A stretch of DNA of 49,313 nucleotides from NCBI GenBank assembly GCA_046597055.1, contig JBKJLC010000268.1:1-49313 (forward strand), read 5' to 3'. This stretch comes from Kofleriaceae bacterium. GTDB taxonomy: Bacteria; Myxococcota_A; Polyangia; Haliangiales; Haliangiaceae. The notes beneath the pieces are model-generated. The model ran no database searches. It worked only from the letters and a program-made list of their open reading frames with translations, and had not been told where the DNA came from. The translations under genes were made by a program, and so were the position numbers. Of the stretch, positions 1-7,600 are shown in pieces (positions within the stretch are counted from its first letter, which is position 1; every line of letters begins with the position of its first letter).

Positions 1-74
1 ACCTGCTGCTGCAGCGTTGCGACCAGCGCGACGAGTTCGTCGTATGTGGGCGGCGTCGAGATCCTGGTATTCAG
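1..74 (-). CDS. 5' fragment of probable IS66 (ISBst12-group-like) transposase
   Basis: Frame reads LNTRISTPPTYDELVALVATLQQQV to the window edge, similar to the 'P.YDELVALV' coiled-coil start of single-ORF IS66 transposases. No in-frame ATG/GTG after the TGA at 95..93; candidates are CTG (74) or ATC (62). Confidence 0.5.
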   Translation of the reverse strand, partial: MNTRISTPPTYDELVALVATLQQQ

Positions 75-115
75 ATCCGATCGCTGCGGAAGTCAAGCAG
101 GACGTGAACGGTTAC
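1..115 (-). mobile_element. Probable left end of an IS66-family insertion sequence; element runs off the window
   Basis: Minus strand from 115 reads GTAACCGTTCACG, and IS66 ends typically start GTAA. It is followed by a TTGACT -35-like box (96..91) and an open frame resembling an IS66 transposase N-terminus. It also cuts an RBS-led ORF. Only one end is visible. Confidence 0.65.
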
Positions 116-129
116 AACTTCTTTTGCAT
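112..129 (-). pseudogene. Small gene MQKKL* truncated by the IS; candidate peptide precursor
   Basis: GGAG (142..139), 9 nt, then ATG CAA AAG AAG TTG TAA, starting 17 nt after the kinase stop. The TAA is supplied by the GTAA of the putative IS end. Confidence 0.55.
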
Positions 130-145
130 GATGATGATCTCCGAG

Positions 146-3100
146 TCAGTTGCTGAGAAACAGGCTTGAAAAGGCCATGAGAGAGCGGCGGCCCCAGAGA
201 ATTCCACGAACGCCGCAGATGCCAAAAATGTCGTCTGTCATGAAACGGGCGCAGAGCAGATCTGCATCATGAACTTGGATGGTGGCTATCCGAAAATCTT
301 CTAGGTCGAACACCATAACCTCGCCGGCGCTGACTGCGATAGCATAGCGTCCGCTCGGAGACTGTGAGATGTCTGCAATGCGCGTGTCTGACTTGAATTC
401 GTAGTCACGGAGGGGTGTGTGCAGCCAGAGCGAGAATCCCTTGCTCGCTAACCAGGTGTCACGGTGGACGACGAACTCTCGTAGAGGTCCGGACGCTTGA
501 GTGACAGCTAGCGGACGCAGGTCACGGCTCCAGTGGACCATCGTGGCGTCCGAGCTCGATGTGCGCAAACCATTGGCAGACCAATCCAGCGCGAAGATGA
601 AGCCTCGATGCACGCGGGATGTGTTCATCGAACGATCAGTCAGGCCGAACGTTGACAGCACGCCTTCTTGGTCTGTCGATGCGATGGAGCGGGCGTCCGG
701 GCTAAACACCAGCCGGTACGGCTCGGAGGCATGCTTATATAGGAGCGTCCGGCGGATACCGTCATAGGACCAAACCGAGCCATCGCTTACCAGATACGCC
801 AGCAACTCCCCATCGGGTGGGCTCGCGGACCAAGGTATCGGCTCCTTGTGTTTTGCGACGATCTCCGTGCGATGAGTATTCGTGTCGGTGCAGATCAACT
901 GGCCGTCCCATCCGCCAGAACAAACCCTCGAGCCAAGCCAAGACGGTTTGAAGGACAGGTCTTGATGCTTATGTAGGTGAACGATCTCATCCGCGAAAGG
1001 TTCTACTAGAGACACCGACCCGTCACGGCAGTCGACCGCAGCCGCGCCGCCCGTGGTTCTCGCCACGATGTTGAAGGGCGTGCAGTTCATGGGAAGCGTA
1101 GAGAGGCCGAGACCCGGACGAAGGCGCCAGCGGCGGATCTCCGGCCCGCCGACCGAGGTCAGCGTGCCCGTGGCACTATCGATGAGGACGAAAGCTACGA
1201 GCCCGCGGTGGCCAATGAACGTCCACACCGAATTCGTCTCGGTGTCGACGACGTGAATGGTGCCGTCAGTGTATCCCCAGGCCGCGATGCTACCGTCCGT
1301 GGCAACGCTAGTAGCCATCACGTCTGATGGTGGTCCAGAAACCGCAGCACCGGCTCCTGGCATGACTAGCCACGGCTGCCCGCGACTATCGACCGCGGCT
1401 ACGAGTCCGGAGCTGGACATTGACAGTTGATAGTCGTCGGTGGTCACGAAGTCCACGGTGCGCTTGCCGCGGCCGTGGCTAATGATCATGTTCTTATCGT
1501 TGCGCAGTGCGACGTAGTCCTCCCCCGAGGTCGCTAGATTGGATGGCATACCGTTATGTTTGCAGCGTCCCAACTGGCGACGAGGCTCACGCAAGGTCTC
1601 GAGATGCCCACCCACCGTGCAGAGTAGGAGGTCGCTTGCGCCGAGTGTCGCCATCCCGCGAACGCCGTCGCGCAGTTGGAGTGCCGCGCCCATTTTCGTT
1701 GAATGGAGACGCCCAGCCTGATCGAGAAGTAAGACGTCATCATCGATTGCAGCAGAGTACTGGGGGAACTGCGGCAACGAGCTCAGGTCGACGCTGGGCC
1801 CAACTGCGGGAGTGCGTTGCAGGCGCGGGCCGTCATCCGTGTTCTGACCGTAGACCCACGCGCCCTGCGCGCGGATCGTCGGGCTGGGTTCCATCAGTCT
1901 CGTGGCGATTACCTGCGTCGTACCATCATCAAGGTTCGCGAGATGGAGACGCCGGTCCGAGGTGCTCACGAGTACGTGAGGTGAACCACGCGTGGACTGT
2001 AGGTCTATGACGATGTAGGGCGAGTACGATAGGATTGAGTGTGCGGTGCCCGAACCATTCACTCGACTCTCGATCGTATCCCGCTCCGCCGAGGGGTTGA
2101 TGCGGTTGGAATCGAGCAGCGTCTTTGCGAGGGTGGGATCCTTCGCGAGCAGCAGTGCCGCTTCCGATATCAGGGCATGGTCGCGCTCTTGCTCTGCAGT
2201 TGCGCGTGCGGACCGCTCACGCTGCTGGGAAAATTCGGCCTTGATTTGCGCATCTCGGGCGCGGTCTCGCTCGTTCAGGATGGTCGCGATCGACCACGAT
2301 GCGGCGATGAAGGCGACAACCGATATGGCGAGGCTGATGATGGCCGCGCGGCGATGACGTCGCAGCCAATGCTCGAGCAGGGCGAAGAGGGAGTAGTGGC
2401 GCGACAGGATGCGCGCCCCGGCAGCGAACGCGTGCAGGTCGACACTGAGTGCGCGTGCGTCGGTGTGGCGGGCCTCGGATTGCTCGGCAGTAGCTTTGAC
2501 GACGATGGCAACTAGATCGGTCTCGATGCGGTTGGCACGCATCGTTTTGACGGCGTGCCGCACGTGGTCTCGATGAAGAGCCGCTCCAGTGCAGAGTTGG
2601 TAAAGCATCGCGCCGATGGCGTAGACGTCGGCGCGTTCGTCCACTGGCTCGCCTCGGGCTTGCTCGGGCGACATGTAGGCGGGGGTGCCGAGGATGGTGC
2701 CGGCGACGGTGACGCCGTCGTCGGCGGGGGCTTTGCGGTACGGGCCGTCGGGGGTCGGGTCGCCGGCGGGGTCGTCGGGGCCGGCTGCGATGTCCTTGGC
2801 GAGGCCCCAGTCGATGACGACGGTCTCGCCGAACTCGCCCACGATGACGTTCGAGGGCTTGAGGTCACGGTGGATGATCTTGTGGTCGTGGGCGTAGGCG
2901 ATCGCGTCGGCGACGGCGATGACGTTGGGGAGGAGGGCGAGGCGGTCCTCGAGGGTCTTGCAGTCGTCGATGAGCTCCTTCAGGGGGCGCCCGGCGACAA
3001 GCTTCATGGCGTAGAACGGGGTGCCGTCGGGCCAGCGGCCCGCCTCGTGGATCGGGACGATGCCGGGGTGCTCGAGGCGCGCGGTGATGAGGGCTTCGCG

Positions 3101-3733
3101 GAAGAAGCGGAGCTCGCTGGAGGTGCCGCGGTGAAGGAGTTCCTTGAGGGCGACGTCGCGACCGAGCTCCTTGTCGCGGGCGCGGTAGACGCGGCCCAGG
3201 CCGCCGCGGCCGTGCTCGGCGACGATCTGGTAGCGCTGGGGGTCGCGGTACTGGAGGGGTGCGGGGAGGCGCTCGAGGGGCGGGCGCGAGGTGAGCGGGG
3301 ATGGTGAGTCGGAGTCGTTGCTGTCGCGAGTGCGGGTGCGGGTGGGGTCGTCGTTGCCGGCGCGGCGGGGTGCGGGTGGCGAGGCAGCAGCGGCGGCGGG
3401 CGACCCGGCAGCGGCAGGCGCGGGCGACCGGGCGGCGGCGGGCGCCTGGGCAGCGACGGCGGGCGACCCGGCAGCAGCGGCCGCGGGCGACCCGGCCGCA
3501 GCGGCGGCGGGCGACCCGGCAGCATCGGCGGGTGGCGTCCCTGCGGGCGGGGTGGCTGGCAGTGGTACGGCCGCGCCGGATTCGTCGGACGAGGGGCTGG
3601 TCAGCTGGCTGTCTTCGCGACCCGAGGGACCTACACCGTGCGACACGACGAGCGGCGAATACGGCATGTCGGTCGGCGACGCAAGACCTATCGCCGACGG
3701 GTCGGCGGATGGGTTCTCGTCGGCAACTTTCAT
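146..3733 (-). CDS. Membrane Ser/Thr (Hanks-type) kinase with Pro/Ala-rich N-terminus, TM helix, coiled coil and C-terminal WD40-like propellers
   Basis: Motifs [66 protein letters not shown]-like repeats (GHRGLV, SGGWDG). Start moved from 3814 to ATG 3733 because a sigma54 promoter lies at 3749-3764. Confidence 0.92.
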   Translation of the reverse strand: MKVADENPSADPSAIGLASPTDMPYSPLVVSHGVGPSGREDSQLTSPSSDESGAAVPLPATPPAGTPPADAAGSPAAAAAGSPAAAAAGSPAVAAQAPAAARSPAPAAAGSPAAAAASPPAPRRAGNDDPTRTRTRDSNDSDSPSPLTSRPPLERLPAPLQYRDPQRYQIVAEHGRGGLGRVYRARDKELGRDVALKELLHRGTSSELRFFREALITARLEHPGIVPIHEAGRWPDGTPFYAMKLVAGRPLKELIDDCKTLEDRLALLPNVIAVADAIAYAHDHKIIHRDLKPSNVIVGEFGETVVIDWGLAKDIAAGPDDPAGDPTPDGPYRKAPADDGVTVAGTILGTPAYMSPEQARGEPVDERADVYAIGAMLYQLCTGAALHRDHVRHAVKTMRANRIETDLVAIVVKATAEQSEARHTDARALSVDLHAFAAGARILSRHYSLFALLEHWLRRHRRAAIISLAISVVAFIAASWSIATILNERDRARDAQIKAEFSQQRERSARATAEQERDHALISEAALLLAKDPTLAKTLLDSNRINPSAERDTIESRVNGSGTAHSILSYSPYIVIDLQSTRGSPHVLVSTSDRRLHLANLDDGTTQVIATRLMEPSPTIRAQGAWVYGQNTDDGPRLQRTPAVGPSVDLSSLPQFPQYSAAIDDDVLLLDQAGRLHSTKMGAALQLRDGVRGMATLGASDLLLCTVGGHLETLREPRRQLGRCKHNGMPSNLATSGEDYVALRNDKNMIISHGRGKRTVDFVTTDDYQLSMSSSGLVAAVDSRGQPWLVMPGAGAAVSGPPSDVMATSVATDGSIAAWGYTDGTIHVVDTETNSVWTFIGHRGLVAFVLIDSATGTLTSVGGPEIRRWRLRPGLGLSTLPMNCTPFNIVARTTGGAAAVDCRDGSVSLVEPFADEIVHLHKHQDLSFKPSWLGSRVCSGGWDGQLICTDTNTHRTEIVAKHKEPIPWSASPPDGELLAYLVSDGSVWSYDGIRRTLLYKHASEPYRLVFSPDARSIASTDQEGVLSTFGLTDRSMNTSRVHRGFIFALDWSANGLRTSSSDATMVHWSRDLRPLAVTQASGPLREFVVHRDTWLASKGFSLWLHTPLRDYEFKSDTRIADISQSPSGRYAIAVSAGEVMVFDLEDFRIATIQVHDADLLCARFMTDDIFGICGVRGILWGRRSLMAFSSLFLSN
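3385..3530 (-). repeat. Imperfect coding tandem repeat (about 24 bp, GSPAAAAA units) in the kinase N-terminus
   Basis: GGCGACCCGGC recurs four times plus a degenerate copy; protein reads [25 protein letters not shown]...[19 protein letters not shown]. Confidence 0.85.
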
Positions 3734-3748
3734 GGCGAGCGGCGCATC

Positions 3749-3764
3749 AGCACGCAGCGTGCCA
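3749..3764 (-). promoter_or_regulatory. Sigma54 (-24/-12) promoter for the kinase operon
   Basis: Minus strand TGGCACGCTGCGTGCT = TGGCACG-N4-GTGC with exact GG-N10-GC spacing; predicted TSS near 3738, just before ATG 3733. Confidence 0.75.
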
Positions 3765-3827
3765 GCGGCGGAGGCGGCGGAACCGCGCGGAGTTCCGTCC
3801 TGGGAGGCAGTCATGCGGGCTGTGTCG

Positions 3828-3931
3828 GTGTTCCGATACAGCGGTTGCGTGTTCCGGTGCGGTCAGGTGCGTGAATGTGCGGGGCGGCGTCGGAACACAT
3901 CGAGTGTTCCGGTGGTGTTCCGATCGTTCCG
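3828..3931. promoter_or_regulatory. Array of GTGTTCCG sites, candidate upstream activator sequences
   Basis: GTGTTCCG at 3828, 3849, 3904, 3915; inverted CGGAACAC at 3891 (palindrome CGGAACAC-atcga-GTGTTCCG, 3891-3911); partial GTTCCG at 3926. Start-to-start spacings of 21 and 11 bp. Confidence 0.7.
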
Positions 3932-4060
3932 ATCCGAGGCGGCGAGGGGGGGGATGTGTGAGGTGGGGGACAGGAATCGCAGGTCCATTCGTGGCAAGGG
4001 CTGGAACCGGGGCTCAAGGAGCGGATCGGAGCTGGTGCGGGTCGTGCTAATGGTCGCGAG

Positions 4061-5293
4061 ATGTCATGGCAGTGCCTCCTCGAGGGTGAGCTGAAGCAGC
4101 GGGCGATCGAGACCGCGGACGAGATCATCGCGGCGATCGCGGCCAGGCCGGACGGGACCGGTGCCCTGGACGGGGCCGGGGGGCATGCGTGCCTGATGGT
4201 GTACGCGGTGCACGCCGGGCGCGACGAGGCGCTGGCGGAGCGCGCGGCGGCGATGCTCGATGCGATGGTGACCGGGGTGAGCGAGGGGGGTGGGCGCGGG
4301 GCGCTGTGGGGCGGGCTGGCCGGGGCGCGGTTCACGGTGGCGCACCTGGCGGGTGGCGACGAGGCGGGTGAGGCGCTGCTGGCGATGGACGCGGCGCTGC
4401 TGACGATGCTCGCCGTGCCCGCCTGGGACCAGGATTACGACCTGATCGGTGGGCTGTGCGGGTTCGGGGTCGCGGCGCTCGAGGGCGGCGGCGAGGCCGA
4501 GCGGATCGCGGTGCGGGTGCTGGACCATCTGGAGGCGACGGCGCGGCACGAGCCGGAGGGCACGGCCTGGTACACGGCACCGGAGCTACTGCCGGAGTGG
4601 CAGCGTGCGGTGTGCCCCGATGGCTACTTCAATCTCGGGCTCGCGCACGGGATTCCCGGGGTGATCGGGTTCCTCGCGAAGCTGCTGGATGCGGGGGTCG
4701 AGGTGGAGCGGGCGCGGGTGCTGCTCGAGGGCGCCGTGCGCTGGATGTTGACGGTGGCGCCGGCGCGCGAGGGGGGCCGGTTCCCAGCGTGGCGCGGGCG
4801 GGGCGCGAACGACGAGCCGTCGCGGTTGGCCTGGTGTTACGGCGACCCGGGCGTGGCGGTGCCGCTGCTGGCGGCCGCGCGCGCGACCCGCAATGACCTG
4901 TGGGAAGCGCAGGCGATGGAGATCGCGCACGGGATGGCCGCGCGGCCGATGGCCACGAGTGGCGTGGCCGACATGGGCATCTGCCATGGTGCGGCCGGGG
5001 TCGCGCACATCTTCAATCGGCTGTACCAGGCGACTGGCGACGAGGTGCTGGGCGACGCGGCCCGGGCGTGGATCGAGCAACTGCTGGCGATGCGGCGGCC
5101 CGGCGAGGCGGTCGCCGGCTTTCCGTCGATGACGCGCGAGGAGGGCCGCGATATCTGGCAGGAGGATGCCGGGCTGCTGATGGGCGCGACCGGCGTCGGG
5201 CTGGTGCTGCTGGCCGCGACGTCGGAGATCGAGCCGGCCTGGGATCGCGCGCTGCTGTGCGAGATCGCGCCACCGGCGGACGCGCAGCCGTGA
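4061..5293 (+). CDS. lanC: Lanthionine synthetase C (class I LanC-type cyclase)
   Basis: DLIGG, NLGLAHGIPG, RLAWCYGDPG and GICHGAAG motifs; catalytic His and Cys/Cys-His zinc ligands are intact. Confidence 0.92.
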   Translation: MSWQCLLEGELKQRAIETADEIIAAIAARPDGTGALDGAGGHACLMVYAVHAGRDEALAERAAAMLDAMVTGVSEGGGRGALWGGLAGARFTVAHLAGGDEAGEALLAMDAALLTMLAVPAWDQDYDLIGGLCGFGVAALEGGGEAERIAVRVLDHLEATARHEPEGTAWYTAPELLPEWQRAVCPDGYFNLGLAHGIPGVIGFLAKLLDAGVEVERARVLLEGAVRWMLTVAPAREGGRFPAWRGRGANDEPSRLAWCYGDPGVAVPLLAAARATRNDLWEAQAMEIAHGMAARPMATSGVADMGICHGAAGVAHIFNRLYQATGDEVLGDAARAWIEQLLAMRRPGEAVAGFPSMTREEGRDIWQEDAGLLMGATGVGLVLLAATSEIEPAWDRALLCEIAPPADAQP

Positions 5294-5330
5294 CGGGCGC
5301 CAAGGGGACCAAACTGGCGGCGGGGCGGCC

Positions 5331-6728
5331 GTGACCGTCACGGACCTGACGCGGACGGTCAGCCACAGCGAGGACGAGGACGCGGCCGGCGGGGCCGGGG
5401 CCGAGCAGCCGCGGCTGGTGGTGGTGCTGGAGTGCCGGCAGCCGACGGCGCCGGCGCTGCGGGTGTCGCTGGCCGGGGTCGACCAGGTGACGCTCGGGCG
5501 CGGGCCGGTCCGGACGTGGACGCGCACGCGCGATCGGATGGACCTGGCGATTGGCGATCACGAGATGTCGCGCCAGCACGCGCGGCTGCAGCGCGGCGCC
5601 AGCGGGTGGGAGATTGTCGATCTCGGCTCGAAGAATGGCACGCTGGTCAATGGCGAGGTCGTGGTGAGGAGCGTGCTCGCCGATGGTGACGTCGTCGAGG
5701 TCGGCACCACCCTGCTGATGTTCCGCGAGGACCCCGGGCCCGGCGGCGAGGTGGTCGACCGTGATCTGGCGACCGAGGCCGCCACGCCGGCGGCGTTCCG
5801 CTCGCTGGCGCTGGAGCTCGAGGCCCGGATTGCCGATCTGATGAAGATCGCGCCGTCGCCGGTGCCGGTGCTGGTGCGCGGTGACACCGGCACGGGCAAG
5901 GAGCTGGTCGCGCGCGCCATCCACGACCGGTCGGGTCGGCGCGGGGCGTTCGTCGCGCTCAACTGCGGGGCCTTGCCGCGCACGCTGATCGAGAGCGAGC
6001 TATTTGGCTACCGGCGCGGCGCGTTCTCGGGCGCCAAGGAGGACCGCGAGGGCCTGGTCCGGCGGGCCGACGGCGGCACGCTGTTCCTCGACGAGATCGC
6101 CGAGCTGCCCGAGGAGTCGCAGGTCGCGCTGCTGCGGGTGCTGCAGGAGGGCGAGGTCCGGCCGATCGGCGCCAGCCAGGCGGTCAGCGTCGACGTGCGC
6201 GTGGTCGCGGCCACCCATCAGGATCTGCCGCGCCGGATCGTGGACGGACGGTTCCGTCAGGATCTGTACGCGCGCCTGGCCGGCTTCGAGATGACACTGC
6301 CGGCGCTGCGCGAGCGGCGCGAGGATCTGGGCACGGTGATCGCGTCGCTGTTGCCACGGCTGGAGGCGCTGGTGCCGGATCCGGCGCAGATCAGCTTTCA
6401 CCGGCAGGCCGCGCGGGCGCTGCTCGCGTATGCGTACCCGCTCAACGTGCGCGAGCTGGAGCAGGCGCTGCGCACGGCCGCGGTGCTGGCCGACGGCAAG
6501 GAGATCCGCGTCGAGCACCTGCCCGAGGCGATCCGGACCTACTCGCCGGCGGCGCCCGCGAGCGGGCTGCGGCCCGAGGACCGGGTGCTGCGCGAGCGGC
6601 TGGTCGAGGTGCTGCGCGCGCACGGCGGCAACGTGGCCGCCGCGGCGCGGGTGATGAGCAAGGCGCCGATCCAGCTGCGGCGCTGGTGCCGCCGGCTCGG
6701 GGTCGACCTGGCGGCGTTCCGCGGGTGA
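5331..6728 (+). CDS. FHA-domain sigma54-dependent enhancer-binding protein (FHA-AAA+-HTH)
   Basis: FHA motifs LGRG, MSRQH, SKNGT; Walker [21 protein letters not shown]; Walker [17 protein letters not shown]; Fis-type [12 protein letters not shown]. Confidence 0.95.
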   Translation: MTVTDLTRTVSHSEDEDAAGGAGAEQPRLVVVLECRQPTAPALRVSLAGVDQVTLGRGPVRTWTRTRDRMDLAIGDHEMSRQHARLQRGASGWEIVDLGSKNGTLVNGEVVVRSVLADGDVVEVGTTLLMFREDPGPGGEVVDRDLATEAATPAAFRSLALELEARIADLMKIAPSPVPVLVRGDTGTGKELVARAIHDRSGRRGAFVALNCGALPRTLIESELFGYRRGAFSGAKEDREGLVRRADGGTLFLDEIAELPEESQVALLRVLQEGEVRPIGASQAVSVDVRVVAATHQDLPRRIVDGRFRQDLYARLAGFEMTLPALRERREDLGTVIASLLPRLEALVPDPAQISFHRQAARALLAYAYPLNVRELEQALRTAAVLADGKEIRVEHLPEAIRTYSPAAPASGLRPEDRVLRERLVEVLRAHGGNVAAAARVMSKAPIQLRRWCRRLGVDLAAFRG

Positions 6729-6834
6729 GCGGCATCCAGCGCCCGCGGCCGAGCGGCCTCCAGCGCCGCGCCGCCACTGAGCGGCATCCATCGCCGCGCT
6801 CACCGCCGCGGCGTCCGTCGCGGCGCTCACCGCC
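6727..6834. repeat. Degenerate intergenic tandem repeat, four units of 24-28 bp
   Basis: GAGCGGC(A/C)TCCA at 6727, 6751, 6779; near-identical 27-mers at 6781-6807 and 6808-6834. Confidence 0.75.
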
Positions 6835-6894
6835 GGGGCCCATGGCCCGCCGGTCGCGGATCGTGACGATGACCTCACGTGCTAGGGTCGTCGC

Positions 6895-7062
6895 GTGAAC
6901 GCGATCGCCCCCGAGGTCGACCCCACGCTGATCGCGGAGATGCTCCGGCTCACGCCCGAGCAGCGGGTCGACCAGAACGACCAGATGCTCGCGATGATCG
7001 AGGAGCTGCGCCGTGGGCTCGCCCCAGCTCAAGAGCCTGCTGACGACGCTCGCCGCGGCTGA
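6895..7062 (+). CDS. 55-aa protein absent from the ORF track; probable partner/antitoxin of the nucleotidyltransferase-like gene
   Basis: GTG..TGA encodes MNAIAPEVDPTLIAEMLRLTPEQRVDQNDQMLAMIEELRRGLAPAQEPADDARRG; strong GC3 bias; TAGGGT 6 nt upstream; overlaps the next gene. Confidence 0.8.
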   Translation: MNAIAPEVDPTLIAEMLRLTPEQRVDQNDQMLAMIEELRRGLAPAQEPADDARRG

Positions 7063-7498
7063 GATCGAGCTCGTGCTGGTCGGCGGTCTCGCCGCCGTTG
7101 CGCAAGGAGCCCCGATCACGACGTTCGACGTCGACATCGTGCATCACCGCACGCCGGAGAACGTGGCGCGGCTGATCGCGGTGCTCACCACGATCGACGC
7201 GCGCTACCGTGGCCGCCCCGCCGGCGAGATCCTGCGGCCGACCGCCGCAATCCTGGCCGGACCGGGACACTCGCTGCTGATGACCGCCATGGGCCCCCTC
7301 GACGTCCTGGGCGCGATCGAGGGCGGACGCGACTACATGTCGCTGCTACCGGACACTGTGGTCAGCCGGTTCGGCGCGCACGAGGTGCGCATCCTCGCCC
7401 TGCCCGTCCTGGTCGAGCTGAAGCGGCATTCGACGCGGCCCAAGGACCAGCACATGCTGGCCGTCCTCCAGGAGACGCTGCGCCAGCAGCGGGGGTGA
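7013..7498 (+). CDS. Pol-beta-superfamily nucleotidyltransferase-like protein (candidate toxin)
   Basis: LVGGLA...TFDVD (hGG plus DxD) and C-terminal LVELKR..RPKD helix. Confidence 0.75.
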   Translation: MGSPQLKSLLTTLAAAEIELVLVGGLAAVAQGAPITTFDVDIVHHRTPENVARLIAVLTTIDARYRGRPAGEILRPTAAILAGPGHSLLMTAMGPLDVLGAIEGGRDYMSLLPDTVVSRFGAHEVRILALPVLVELKRHSTRPKDQHMLAVLQETLRQQRG

Positions 7499-7600
7499 CC
7501 GGGCGTACACCGCTCCCGACCTGCCCGATCGGCGGGCTCGGTCAGGTTGGTGCTCCCGGGCGAGGTCCAGGGGGCGCAGACGCGCTAGTGTGCACGGCCG

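Noticed and set aside
146..5293. Kinase plus LanC as a split class III/IV lanthipeptide synthetase
   Set aside because: No phospho-Ser/Thr lyase domain seen; the kinase has a TM-sensor receptor layout.
6727..6834. CRISPR array
   Set aside because: Units are degenerate and adjacent with no unique spacers; no cas genes.
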